Shown in pieces: positions 18,152 through 27,375 of a stretch of 64,000 nucleotides of DNA (positions are counted from its first letter, which is position 1; each line of letters begins with the position of its first letter). The position numbers and the translations under genes were made by a program. This DNA is from a bacterium (GTDB lineage Bacteria; Sysuimicrobiota; Sysuimicrobiia; Sysuimicrobiales; Humicultoraceae). Below the pieces are notes generated by a model that saw nothing but the letters and a program-made list of their open reading frames with translations, ran no database searches and was not told the origin of the DNA. Location: NCBI GenBank assembly GCA_041497675.1, contig JBGQGY010000001.1:13727-77726 (forward strand), given 5' to 3'.

Positions 18152-18811
18152 ATGACCGAGGTCCGAGTCGATGTCACCGCCGCGCCGCACCTGCGCGCGG
18201 CGGTGGTGGAGGCCGAGGGCGTCACCGTGACCCAGCACGATGCGGCGCTCCGGGCAGAGATCGACGAGGTCACCGCGCGTGTACGATCCGCGTACGCCGG
18301 CCGCCAGCCATCCGAGATCGCCGGTCTGCGGCCTGCGCGAGACCTGTACCATCGCGTCGGGGTCGATCCCACGAAGCTCCGGCCGTCGTCGGAGGCACTG
18401 CTGCGGCGCGTGCTGCGCGGCGATGGGCTGCCGGTCATCAACTCGCTGGTAGACATCAACAATCTGTGCTCGCTGGAGTTCCTGCTGCCCATCGGTCTGC
18501 ACGATCTCGACGCGGCCCGCGGGGGACTGGTGCTGCGTGTGGGGCGCGCAGGCGAAGGTTACGACGCGATCGGGAAGGGCGCATACAGCGTCGAAGGGCG
18601 CATCACCGCGGCCGACGATGTGGGACCGTGTGGCAGCCCGACCAGCGACTCGCAGCGAACGATGATCACGTTGACGACGCGGCGGTGTCTGATGATCATC
18701 TACGCGCCGCTGGGCCACCCGACCGCAGCGCTCGAGGCGCACGCTGCGACGGCGGCGGCGAGGATCATGCGGTTCGCCGGCGGGGCGATCCTCCAAGCCC
18801 GGGTATTGTGA
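18152..18811 (+). CDS. B3/B4 tRNA-binding domain protein (PheT B3/4-like, standalone)
   Basis: The VINSLVDINNLCSLEFLLPIGLHDLD segment matches the B3_4 domain core. Confidence 0.6.
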   Translation: MTEVRVDVTAAPHLRAAVVEAEGVTVTQHDAALRAEIDEVTARVRSAYAGRQPSEIAGLRPARDLYHRVGVDPTKLRPSSEALLRRVLRGDGLPVINSLVDINNLCSLEFLLPIGLHDLDAARGGLVLRVGRAGEGYDAIGKGAYSVEGRITAADDVGPCGSPTSDSQRTMITLTTRRCLMIIYAPLGHPTAALEAHAATAAARIMRFAGGAILQARVL

Positions 18812-18814
18812 GGA

Positions 18815-19657
18815 TCACGCTTTCCACTTGATGCTGCAACCTTTTGGCGGCGTCGCCGACGTCGCCGGGTCGCGCCCCGACAGCAGGGCGTCAACGGCGT
18901 CCCGCAGGTAGCGATGGGTGACCGCGGCTGGGTCTTCCATGTTGTCGTCCGGCGCGCCGTGGTAGCGCAGCACACGCTCGCGGTCGAACAGAAAGATTTC
19001 GGGTGTGCGGGTGGCGCCGAACGTCTTCGCCACTTCTTGAGTTTCGTCGAACAGATAGGGGAACGGGTAGGCTTTCTCCCTCGCGCGTGTCTGCATGGCC
19101 GGGAACGAATCATCCGGGAAGGCCACCGGGTCGTTGCTGCTGATCATGACGAACCGGACGCCGCGGCCCGCGTATTCACGTTGCAGGGCGATCATCCGAT
19201 CCTCCCACGCTTTCACGTAGGGGCAATGATTGCACCAGAACACCACGCCCAGGACAGGGGCGGCGGCAAGCTGTTCCGAGGATACGGTCGAGCCGTCCGT
19301 GGCGGGAAGGCTGAATGACAGGAGCCGTTCGCGGAGTCCCAGTGGCATCATGATCCTCCTGAGCGCCTGCCGGATCATCACGACCGTCGGCAGTGGGGAG
19401 AGGCGGTCGGCCTCAGTGCGGTACGTCCGGCAGGTCAACATGGCCGAACCCTGCACGCCCTCCGGCTGCAGGTCGATGCCGTCGAAGCGGATCGTCGGCG
19501 ATCCCGGAAACCGATGACGATCGGCGTCGGCCTGTGAGTCGACGCGGATGACCTCGACGGCATCATCGACGCCTTCCGCGCGCAGCACGTCACGGAGCCG
19601 CGCCAGGGCCTCCGGATGTGAAGGACAATCTTGCCAGTACAGGAATTCAATCTTCAT
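18815..19657 (-). CDS. Two-domain thioredoxin-fold protein: N-terminal thioredoxin-like domain (CPSH motif) fused to TlpA/AhpC-TSA-like thiol-disulfide oxidoreductase (WCNHC)
   Basis: ATG at 19657. The C-terminal domain has redoxin hallmarks (VVFWCNHCPYV, ISSNDP, RTPEIFLFD). The N-terminal about 100 aa has a thioredoxin-like beta-alpha-beta pattern with YWQDCPSH. Confidence 0.7.
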   Translation of the reverse strand: MKIEFLYWQDCPSHPEALARLRDVLRAEGVDDAVEVIRVDSQADADRHRFPGSPTIRFDGIDLQPEGVQGSAMLTCRTYRTEADRLSPLPTVVMIRQALRRIMMPLGLRERLLSFSLPATDGSTVSSEQLAAAPVLGVVFWCNHCPYVKAWEDRMIALQREYAGRGVRFVMISSNDPVAFPDDSFPAMQTRAREKAYPFPYLFDETQEVAKTFGATRTPEIFLFDRERVLRYHGAPDDNMEDPAAVTHRYLRDAVDALLSGRDPATSATPPKGCSIKWKA

Positions 19658-19765
19658 GATGCGGGCCTCGTTCTCCCGCTGCCTGTACAACGGTCGGCAA
19701 CCCCGCTCGTCTTCCCACTCTCGACTCCTGCGGGTGGGGCGGTAGGAGGCACGCGCATCGCGACA

Positions 19766-19993
19766 GTGACCAGCCGCTTCCTCAGGGTCGTGGTGACCAC
19801 GCACTACCAGCCTCGGACCGATGTCGAGCGCTGGCAGATTCAGGATCGGGTGGTCTTGCGTCTGGAGCGGCTGGGATATGAGGGGCGACCGCGGTTCTTC
19901 GAGGCCTCGGGCGGCCGTCTGGCGTTCCGCGTATGGCTCGGCCTGAAGCCCTCCCCCGATATCCTCAGAAGACTCCAGACGATCGACCAATGA
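19766..19993 (+). CDS. Hypothetical small protein (start uncertain)
   Basis: ORF in frame with a GTG at 19766. The stop overlaps the next ORF as ATGA. No recognisable domain. Confidence 0.25.
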   Translation: MTSRFLRVVVTTHYQPRTDVERWQIQDRVVLRLERLGYEGRPRFFEASGGRLAFRVWLGLKPSPDILRRLQTIDQ

Positions 19994-20283
19994 CTGCCGC
20001 GCCCTCACCGCTCGAAGGACTGTTGGGTCTGGCCGGCGCCGTGCTGGTCTTTGCGGCCTGCGCCGCCGTAGGCGGCCTAGCCGCCGCATTCGCCACGGCC
20101 AGGCCGCGGCTGCGGGGGCCAAGGCGTCTGGTGGTCTACGGCGTGCTCTGCGGTGTGTTCCTCGCGATGGGGATCGCGCTGACACGCAGCGAGGCGCGCG
20201 CCGTGGTCTGTGGATTCGCCATTCTGCCGTTCGTCGTGGGGTTCGTGATGGCGCGCGTTGATCTCCGCCGGCAGGCGGGGTGA
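19990..20283 (+). CDS. Hypothetical small membrane protein (3 predicted TM)
   Basis: ATG coupled to the upstream ORF. Three hydrophobic segments. Confidence 0.3.
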   Translation: MTAAPSPLEGLLGLAGAVLVFAACAAVGGLAAAFATARPRLRGPRRLVVYGVLCGVFLAMGIALTRSEARAVVCGFAILPFVVGFVMARVDLRRQAG

Positions 20284-20287
20284 GCCG

Positions 20288-21088
20288 CTATCGCGGCTGG
20301 CAGTTGAGGCAGTGGTTGGTGACTTGAAGCACCATTGTGCCGTAGACCCGGCCCAGACCGGCGATCTCGCTCGTCCCATTACTGGTGACCTCGCGCCAGA
20401 ACGGCCGTCCCTCGATCGTGACAAACGTCAACCGGCTGCCGACCTGGCCCCAGTCGTAGAACAGCGTGATCTGATGGACAACACCGGTGTCGTCGACGAC
20501 GGTCCTCATGGCGTACGGCGGACCCGGTCGCACGATCTGCTGACGCTGGCTTGGGGCGAAGAGCCACTTGGCGAACGCGCGCCGTGCCGTCTGGTCCTTG
20601 AGCAGCGCCTGCTGGTGATATTTCGTCATGATCTCGGTAATGATGTCCTGGCGCACGGCGCCGAGCACGTACCTGCCGTCGTTGCGATCCTCTTGGAGAA
20701 AGATGTCCAGCGTGGGCACGAACTCGGCCACCCTCTGCTCGTTTTCGATGATACTGGTCAGGATGGATCGGACGGCTCCGGAAAACGGCCGGACCAGAAA
20801 GGGGAGGTCGAGCCGGGTGATGGTGGCTTTCCGTATCCGTGGCTGTCCGTTGGCCGATCGCGACTCGAAGAGCGTGCCCACAGCGTGCACAGGAACCTGC
20901 CCGGTGGACAACGCCATGTTCAAGCGAGCCGTGAAGTCTGCCGTGAGCGTGTACGGGAGGGTGTTGGGCTCGGTGATGACCTTGGCCAGCAGGCTGTCGA
21001 CGGTGACGTCTTGGGCCCCTGCCACGCCGACACACACGAGCACACAGACACACAACATCATCGCCTTCCGGCAGGCGACGGTGCACAT
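20288..21088 (-). CDS. Secreted hypothetical protein
   Basis: Signal peptide MCTVACRKAMMLCVCVLVCVGVAGAQD. A TATAAT -10 box lies about 10 nt upstream of the ATG, suggesting a leaderless transcript. Confidence 0.55.
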   Translation of the reverse strand: MCTVACRKAMMLCVCVLVCVGVAGAQDVTVDSLLAKVITEPNTLPYTLTADFTARLNMALSTGQVPVHAVGTLFESRSANGQPRIRKATITRLDLPFLVRPFSGAVRSILTSIIENEQRVAEFVPTLDIFLQEDRNDGRYVLGAVRQDIITEIMTKYHQQALLKDQTARRAFAKWLFAPSQRQQIVRPGPPYAMRTVVDDTGVVHQITLFYDWGQVGSRLTFVTIEGRPFWREVTSNGTSEIAGLGRVYGTMVLQVTNHCLNCQPR

Positions 21089-21191
21089 AATAGAGCTATT
21101 ATAGCGCACCCACCGTAGGGGGGAAGGGAGGGCGCGCCGCGACCTGGGCATAACATGGAGTGACCGGTCGGGGGCGCGAAGGGCGGCCAAC

Positions 21192-21998
21192 ATGCGGTAC
21201 ACGGATGCCGATCTGAGGTTTCTGGCGCTGGCGCTGTGGCGAGACGACCCGGCGGCCGCGGAGGAACGACTGCGGGAATGGCGCGCCGGGCCACAAGCCG
21301 TGGACGCCTGCCTGGATGACGAACGGGTCTTCAACGCGCTGACCGCCGACGATCGCGCGGTCATCGCGTTGTCACCGCGCTTCCTGTTTACCCTGCTGCT
21401 GCGCCGGATCCGGCGAGACTTGGCGTCGATTCCGTACACGGTGGAACGGATTGAACGGGATGGCCGACTGGTCGTGTTCGATGCGGGAATCGTCCACCAC
21501 ATGCTCGAGAACGATGACATCTTCGCCTATCTGGTCGAACTGCTCGTATCGTTCGAGCGGGCGGAGACCCTGACGGTCCGGCGGGCCACCCCGCCGGGAG
21601 GGTTGAGGCGTCTGTCGACCATGAGCATCGAAGACATGGTCGAACTGGCCGGGTTGGTCGATCAACCGCTCCGCCCGATGGTCTTCCGCCGGATCGGCGA
21701 CATCGCATTGTTCACCACCTCGCTCTTCCCCGATGCGTTGCAGCACGGCCGGCGTCCGGCGGCGACCTCGGCGTACGCGCGGCCACCGATACGCCGGTGG
21801 CGTCTGGAAGACTACGAGGAGGAAGGACGCACATTCTATCGGCTCGCCTCAGAAAACCTGCAGTCGAGCCAACCGGGGCTTGCCCGCGTTCTCGCGCGGC
21901 TTGCCTCCGACTTCGCGCTCGCCCGCAAACCGCTTCACGTGCTGAGTGAACGGTATATGGTCTGGGCGCGTCCGCACTGGCGGCAGACGCCCTCCTAA
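21192..21998 (+). CDS. Hypothetical protein (no recognised domain)
   Basis: Clean 268-aa ORF divergent from the secreted protein gene. Confidence 0.5.
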   Translation: MRYTDADLRFLALALWRDDPAAAEERLREWRAGPQAVDACLDDERVFNALTADDRAVIALSPRFLFTLLLRRIRRDLASIPYTVERIERDGRLVVFDAGIVHHMLENDDIFAYLVELLVSFERAETLTVRRATPPGGLRRLSTMSIEDMVELAGLVDQPLRPMVFRRIGDIALFTTSLFPDALQHGRRPAATSAYARPPIRRWRLEDYEEEGRTFYRLASENLQSSQPGLARVLARLASDFALARKPLHVLSERYMVWARPHWRQTPS

Positions 21999-22037
21999 CG
22001 CCCCCTCATCCGCACAAGTCGTGCCGGCGGTGGTACG

Positions 22038-23408
22038 ATGTCGCCGATGCTCAAACGCGATGACAGGATCGTGGTGGCCGTTGAGCGGCTGGCCTACGGC
22101 GGGCGTGGGGTCGCCCGGGTCAACGGCCAGGTCGTCTTCATCGTCGGCGCTGCGCCGGGTGACGTCGTTCGCGCACGGGTGACGCGGGCCCGGCGATCGT
22201 ACGCGGAGGCCGATGCCGACGCGATCGAACGTGCTTCCGCGGATCGGGTGACCCCGCGGTGTCCCCACTTTGGAACCTGCGGCGGGTGCGGGTGGCAGCA
22301 CATCGCCTATCCGGCCCAAGCGGCCGCAAAGGAAGAGTTCATCCGCGAGGCCCTGAGGCACCTCGGCGGCATCTCGGACGCCACTGTGCGCCCTATTGTT
22401 GGCGCGACCGATCCCTGGTACTACCGGAACAAGATGGAGTTTTCGTTTCACCCCGAGGGCACGCTGGGGTTGCACCGGCGTGGGGAGTGGAACCGGATCG
22501 TGCCGGTGGAGTCCTGCTACCTGCAGTCTGATACGTCGATTGCGCTGGTACGGGCCGTGCGCGCGTTTGCGCGGCAGTCGGGGCTGCCGCCGTACGATCC
22601 AAGCACGCGCACAGGCTTTCTGCGCTCGTTGGTGATCCGCGAGGGACGCGCGACCGGCGACCGTCTGGTGGGCCTGCTGACCGGACCCGGCGCATTTCCC
22701 GCGGCCCAGGCGTTCATCGATGTCGTGCGGCAGGCCGCCCCAGACGTGACCGGGATCATCCGCGGCATCGTGGCCGGCGCATCAGACGGTGCGCCGATCA
22801 CCGACATGGAGTCGCTCGAGGGACGCCCATTTCTTGAGGACGTCTTGGCCGGACTTCGGTTTCGGATCGGTCTCGATGCGTTCTTCCAGACGAACACGGT
22901 CCAGGCGGGCGCCATGGTCGAGTACGTGGTGCAGCGGGCGGAGCCGCTCGCGGGGCAGCCGGCGATCGACCTGTACTGCGGCGTCGGGACGTTCTCGCTG
23001 GCGCTGGGGCGCGCGGGCGCCCGCGTGACGGGTATCGAGGTGGTCCAGGCTTCGATCGACGCGGCGAGGATGAACGCCGACCTCAACGGGCTCGGCGGCC
23101 TGACGTTCATCAGCGGCGATGCGCGCGTCGCGCTGCCGGCCGCCGCGGCGCCGGTCGGGACGCCCGCGGTGCTCGTGCTGGATCCGCCCAGGGGCGGGGC
23201 CGGCGGCAAGGTGATGCGGAAGATCGGGCGCACCGGCGCCCGGCGCGTCATCTACGTCTCGTGCAACCCGACGACGCTGGCGCCCGACCTGCGGGAATTA
23301 CTGCCTTTTGGCTATCGTCTGATCGATGTGCAACCGTTCGATCTGTTTCCACACACCTATCACGTCGAGGCCGTCGCGGTCCTCGATCGGCAGGAGGGGA
23401 CGACGTGA
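22038..23408 (+). CDS. rlmD: 23S rRNA (uracil-C5)-methyltransferase RlmD/RumA (TRAM + 4Fe-4S + SAM MTase)
   Basis: A TRAM domain at the N-terminus, the Cys cluster CPHFGTCGGCGWQH, and SAM motifs (DLYCGVGTFSL, VSCNPTTL) are present. Confidence 0.9.
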   Translation: MSPMLKRDDRIVVAVERLAYGGRGVARVNGQVVFIVGAAPGDVVRARVTRARRSYAEADADAIERASADRVTPRCPHFGTCGGCGWQHIAYPAQAAAKEEFIREALRHLGGISDATVRPIVGATDPWYYRNKMEFSFHPEGTLGLHRRGEWNRIVPVESCYLQSDTSIALVRAVRAFARQSGLPPYDPSTRTGFLRSLVIREGRATGDRLVGLLTGPGAFPAAQAFIDVVRQAAPDVTGIIRGIVAGASDGAPITDMESLEGRPFLEDVLAGLRFRIGLDAFFQTNTVQAGAMVEYVVQRAEPLAGQPAIDLYCGVGTFSLALGRAGARVTGIEVVQASIDAARMNADLNGLGGLTFISGDARVALPAAAAPVGTPAVLVLDPPRGGAGGKVMRKIGRTGARRVIYVSCNPTTLAPDLRELLPFGYRLIDVQPFDLFPHTYHVEAVAVLDRQEGTT

Positions 23409-23968
23409 GCGTCATCCAGGCGATCAAGACACGGCGAAGTACTCCGAAGCTGCGGCCCGATCCGGTGCCGCGCGAGGCGCTGGAGCAGATGCTCGAGGCG
23501 GCGGTCTGGGCGCCCAACCACCGGCTGACGGAGCCGTGGCGGTTCTACGTGATCACGAGTGAAGATGCCAAGCGGCGGTTCGCGGAGATCCGCCGTCGGC
23601 TCCGCGCGTCGGCATTCCCGAATCCTGATGCGCCGGAGGCGCAGAAGGCGCTGGAGCGGATCACACAGGACACGATGGCCACGCCCGCGCTGATCGTGGT
23701 GACCGTCCATCAGGCGGAGAATGAAGAGCAGCGGGAAGAGGACGTTGCCGCGACGTTCATGGCGATCCAGAACCTGATGCTGGCCGGCGTCGAGTTGAGC
23801 GTCGGCACCTACATGCGCACCGGCCCGATCATGCGCGACCCGGATCTACGCGCTCTGTTGAAGGTGGAAGACGACCGGCGCATCGTCGCCATCATCCACG
23901 CCGGTCACACGTCGGACGTCCCGCAGAAGCGGCGTACGCCGGCGGCCGAAAAGACGGTCTGGTTGTAA
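23405..23968 (+). CDS. Nitroreductase family protein
   Basis: GTG start overlapping the rlmD stop as GTGA. The IKTRRSTPKL and EPWRFYVI motifs are present. Confidence 0.75.
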   Translation: MSVIQAIKTRRSTPKLRPDPVPREALEQMLEAAVWAPNHRLTEPWRFYVITSEDAKRRFAEIRRRLRASAFPNPDAPEAQKALERITQDTMATPALIVVTVHQAENEEQREEDVAATFMAIQNLMLAGVELSVGTYMRTGPIMRDPDLRALLKVEDDRRIVAIIHAGHTSDVPQKRRTPAAEKTVWL

Positions 23969-23977
23969 GGTGATCGA

Positions 23978-24553
23978 CTAGCGCGGCGGGGTCGACACGA
24001 TCCAGCGGCCGTAGAACTCCTCGTCGGTCATCTGGCTCTTGAGCCACCGGTCGACCTCCGGGACCGTGACGGCGACGGTGGCGGCGATCCGACCGCTCGG
24101 CAATGCGACGCGCACGGTGATCGTATCGAGGGCCAGCTGAGGGTTCGCGCCGGGGCCGAGGATCCGCACGATCTCCGGCCGCAGCGACACCAGACGCCCG
24201 TCGGTCGTGGTGCGATAGAGGATATCGGCGCGGCGGGCGCCGCCGCGGGCGCGACGGTCGGTGATGGCCAGCCCGAGGATCTTGAACCCCTGACCCTCAA
24301 GCGCCTTCTTGTAGGTCGTCGACAGCTCGCGGTCGAGCTCGGGTTCATGCGACGAGGACGCCTGCGGGGCCGGCGGTGAGGTGGGCGCGCCCGGCGCCCG
24401 CGGAACGGCCGGCGACGCCGAGGGCCGGCCGCGATTGATGAGCGGCGACAGATCGGGTGAACCCGGCGTCTTGATGAAGCGCTGATAGCCGACGACGGCG
24501 ACGACCACCACCGCCAGTGCCACAACGATCCGCGTGCTCCAATTCACAGCCAT
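23978..24553 (-). CDS. Membrane-anchored hypothetical protein with Pro-rich linker
   Basis: Single N-terminal TM (IVVALAVVVVAVVGY), then a Pro/Ala-rich linker and a C-terminal globular domain. Confidence 0.45.
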   Translation of the reverse strand: MAVNWSTRIVVALAVVVVAVVGYQRFIKTPGSPDLSPLINRGRPSASPAVPRAPGAPTSPPAPQASSSHEPELDRELSTTYKKALEGQGFKILGLAITDRRARGGARRADILYRTTTDGRLVSLRPEIVRILGPGANPQLALDTITVRVALPSGRIAATVAVTVPEVDRWLKSQMTDEEFYGRWIVSTPPR

Positions 24554-24636
24554 AGATGTTCGGCGTGACCCTGACGCGTTCCTCACCGCCGACGGTACGG
24601 GCAGGAGGCCCGGTGGGCGCCGCGAAGGTTTGCGGA

Positions 24637-25653
24637 ATGCCGCGACCCCGCGTCTACGTTGCCCGCCGGATCCCCGGGCCCGGTCTCGAGCTGGTGCGCC
24701 GTGAGGCGGACGTCGCCGTCTGGCCGACCGACGAAGTGCCTCCGCCGCGCGACGTATTGATACAGGAAGCCGCCGCCTCCGACGGGATCATCTCGCTGCT
24801 CACGGACCGCATCGACGGTCAGTTGCTCGACGCCGCGCCGCGGCTGCGGGTCGTCAGCAACTACGCCGTGGGGTTTGACAACATCGACGTCGGCGCGGCC
24901 ACCTCTCGTGGCGTCGTGATCACCAACACGCCGGGCGTCCTGACCGAGACGGTGGCCGATTTCACCATGGCGCTGATGCTCGCCACGGCACGTCGCGTCG
25001 TGGAGGGCGACAAGTTTACGCGCGCCGGCCGCTGGAAGAGCTGGGAGCCGATGCTGCTGCTCGGGCCGGACGTCTACGGGGCCACCCTCGGTCTGGTGGG
25101 GTTTGGCCGCATCGGCGCGTCGGTCGCGCGCCGCGCACGCGGGTTTGGCATGCGGATTCTCTACTATGACGTCGTTCGCCGCCAGGATCTGGAATCCGAA
25201 CTCGGGATCGAGTTCGCGTCGTTCGAGGACGTCCTGCGGCAGGCCGACTTTGTCAGCGTGCACACGCCGCTGACGCCGGAGACCCGGCATCTGATCAGCG
25301 GGCCGCAGTTCCGTCTCATGAAGAAGACCGCCGTGCTCGTCAATACTGCGCGGGGACCGATCGTCGACCCCGACGCCCTCTACCAGGCCCTGTCGTCCGG
25401 GCAGATCTGGGGGGCGGGTCTCGATGTGTTCGAGGTCGAGCCGGTGCCCAAGGATCACCCGCTGCTGACCCTTGAGAACATCATTGTGGTCCCACACATC
25501 GCGAGTGCGAGCGTCGAGACGCGCACCAAGATGGCGAACATGGCGGTCGAGAACCTGCTCGCGGCGCTCGCCGGCCGCAAGCCGCCACACCTGGTGAACC
25601 CCGACGTCTGGGACCGGCGGCGTGGCGTGGGAGAGAGGAGCCACGACGGATGA
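24637..25653 (+). CDS. D-isomer-specific 2-hydroxyacid dehydrogenase (glyoxylate/hydroxypyruvate reductase-like)
   Basis: NAD-binding [13 protein letters not shown], catalytic context ([14 protein letters not shown]). The start is taken at the internal ATG 24637 ([12 protein letters not shown]). Confidence 0.85.
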   Translation: MPRPRVYVARRIPGPGLELVRREADVAVWPTDEVPPPRDVLIQEAAASDGIISLLTDRIDGQLLDAAPRLRVVSNYAVGFDNIDVGAATSRGVVITNTPGVLTETVADFTMALMLATARRVVEGDKFTRAGRWKSWEPMLLLGPDVYGATLGLVGFGRIGASVARRARGFGMRILYYDVVRRQDLESELGIEFASFEDVLRQADFVSVHTPLTPETRHLISGPQFRLMKKTAVLVNTARGPIVDPDALYQALSSGQIWGAGLDVFEVEPVPKDHPLLTLENIIVVPHIASASVETRTKMANMAVENLLAALAGRKPPHLVNPDVWDRRRGVGERSHDG

Positions 25654-26486
25654 GGCGTCCACGGACGGCGCTGGTCTTACTGGTGGTCGTTGCGGCGCTC
25701 GCGCTGTTTTTCCGCTCGCGCCAGCCACGCGAGGCGTCGGCCCCGCAGCCGCGGACCCCGGCCCCGCAGACAGCACCGGCACCCGTGCCGGATCTCGGCG
25801 GGCGGGAGATCAAGATCGGCAGCGACACGACGTATCCGCCGTTCGAAGTCGTGGACGCCGACAAGACCATCGTCGGGTTCGATCCCGACATGATGGATGA
25901 GATCTGCAAGCGGGCCCACTGCAAGCCGAAGTTCACCACGACGGCATGGGGAGGCATTTTCGTCGCGCTGTCGCAGGGCCAGTTCGACGCGGTCGCGTCC
26001 GGCGTCACCATCAACGATGAGCGGCGGAAGACGGTCGATTTTAGCGAGCCGTATCTTCGGTACGGCCAGGTCGTGCTCGTGCGCGCCGATGAGTCGGCGA
26101 TCGACGGTGTTGACGGGCTGCGCGGCCGTACGGTGGGCGTCCAGACGGGGACGACCAACGACGACAAGGCCACCGCGTTGCAGCGTGAGGGAAAGGTCGG
26201 CACGGTTCGCCGCTACGACAACTTTGCGCTCGTGGTGAAGGCGTTGCTCAACAAGGATATCGACGCGGTGGTGATCGACAGTTTTGCCGCCGATGGGTTC
26301 ATCCAGCTCCATCAGGGTCAGTTGAAGAAGGTGGGCCCGCCGTTCACCAGCGAGGCCCTTGGGATCGCGCTCAAACAGGGCGAGGCGACGCTCAAGCCGG
26401 CCTTTGACGCGGCGCTCGCGCAGATGAAGGCCGACGGGACGCTCGACGCGCTCTACAAGAAATGGTTCGTGGAACACCCCCCCTAA
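25650..26486 (+). CDS. ABC transporter substrate-binding protein, polar amino-acid (family 3) type
   Basis: Signal peptide plus SBP_bac_3 features ([35 protein letters not shown]). The start overlaps the upstream stop as ATGA. Confidence 0.85.
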   Translation: MRRPRTALVLLVVVAALALFFRSRQPREASAPQPRTPAPQTAPAPVPDLGGREIKIGSDTTYPPFEVVDADKTIVGFDPDMMDEICKRAHCKPKFTTTAWGGIFVALSQGQFDAVASGVTINDERRKTVDFSEPYLRYGQVVLVRADESAIDGVDGLRGRTVGVQTGTTNDDKATALQREGKVGTVRRYDNFALVVKALLNKDIDAVVIDSFAADGFIQLHQGQLKKVGPPFTSEALGIALKQGEATLKPAFDAALAQMKADGTLDALYKKWFVEHPP

Positions 26487-26515
26487 GCCGTAAGCGCGCG
26501 TGTAACGGCGACGCC

Positions 26516-26545
26516 TTGCGTTGCCTCAGGCAGCCTCCGTATAAT
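26516..26545 (+). promoter_or_regulatory. Sigma70-type promoter for tRNA-Val (-35 TTGCGT, 18-nt spacer, -10 TATAAT)
   Basis: A perfect TATAAT at 26540-26545 sits 12 nt upstream of the tRNA 5' end. Confidence 0.55.
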
Positions 26546-26557
26546 GAATGGCGCATT

Positions 26558-26632
26558 GGGCGCTTAGCTCAGGGGTAGAGCACCATCCTGACGCGATGGG
26601 GGTCGCAGGTTCAAATCCTGCAGCGCCCACCA
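26558..26632 (+). tRNA. tRNA-Val (anticodon GAC) with encoded CCA
   Basis: Manual cloverleaf fold gives acceptor GGGCGCT/AGCGCCC, D stem GCTC/GAGC, anticodon stem CCATC/GATGG with loop CUGACGC, and T loop TTCAAAT. Confidence 0.95.
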
Positions 26633-26670
26633 ACAACCGAACAATCGTTCGCTGCGACAGATGCGAGAGT

Positions 26671-27156
26671 TCAAAGAAACGACCGTGCGCGAAACGGTCG
26701 TTCTTTTGTCGTCAGTCCATTCTCCAGGTACGGGATGAGCGATCCACGAGCCCTTCCTCGGGTAGATTCTAGAACATCGTATTGGTGTTTGCGGCGGTTT
26801 CCGGGACTTCCTTCGAGGACGTCCCAATGCTCGACAATCTTGCCGTTCTCCAGTCGGAAGATGTCGATTACAGCCATCCCGCGGTCCCCTGGTTGTCGCA
26901 CGAAATGGCTGTGCTGAACGACTAGGTCCCCTTCCGCGACCTGCCGCTTGATCGTGACCTGCAACTGGGGGAACGCGCCTGCAAAGCCGCGTACGACCTG
27001 GATGAACGGCTCCGGTCCATCGCCTGCTTGGGGATTGTGCTGCCGGTAGTACGGGCCGATGTACCGCTTCACCGCATCTTCCGGCCGCCCTTGGTTGATG
27101 GCGAGTTCGCAAAACTCACGGACGATCCGCTTGTTCGCGTCTAGCTGGCCATTCAT
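26671..27156 (-). CDS. SnoaL-like / NTF2-like (ester cyclase-like) family protein
   Basis: The N-terminal NKRIVREF..., PQLQVTI and ENGKIVEHWDV patterns are typical of SnoaL_2 proteins. Confidence 0.55.
   Translation of the reverse strand: MNGQLDANKRIVREFCELAINQGRPEDAVKRYIGPYYRQHNPQAGDGPEPFIQVVRGFAGAFPQLQVTIKRQVAEGDLVVQHSHFVRQPGDRGMAVIDIFRLENGKIVEHWDVLEGSPGNRRKHQYDVLESTRGRARGSLIPYLENGLTTKERPFRARSFL
26673..26707. terminator. Bidirectional intrinsic terminator (perfect 13-bp stem AAAGAAACGACCG / CGGTCGTTTCTTT)
   Basis: The hairpin lies between the tRNA-Val 3' end and the 3' end of the convergent minus-strand gene. A/T tracts flank both sides. Confidence 0.7.
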
Positions 27157-27317
27157 GGTTGTCCCTCCATAACTAGGGTAGGAGTCTTGCTCTCTTCTGG
27201 CGTGTTACTCTCCAAACGATGCATACTTATCGTAGGAGAGCAAAAGGAGTGCTACAAAGCGTGAGAAATCAGGTCCACACCGGATGGATTCCGGCGTCCT
27301 CCCATCGATAATGGTCC

Positions 27318-27354
27318 TTAGGGCGTCCTAATCAATCTCGTTAGGAGGTCCTCA
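27318..27354 (+). promoter_or_regulatory. Two copies of a 14-bp palindromic motif, TTAGGGCGTCCTAA and TTAGGAGGTCCTCA, 23 bp apart upstream of feoB (candidate metalloregulator operator)
   Basis: Direct repeat of a TTAGGnnGTCCTnA inverted-repeat motif. Half-sites resemble DtxR/IdeR TTAGG...CCTAA. The region is locally low-GC. Confidence 0.35.
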
Positions 27355-27375
27355 GGGTCGGAACCGGAGGACGTC

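Noticed and set aside
27300-27330. Fur box upstream of feoB
   Set aside because: Only a GATAATG half-site (27306-27312) is present. The remainder does not match the 19-bp Fur consensus. The paired TTAGGnnGTCCTnA motifs are reported instead as a candidate operator.
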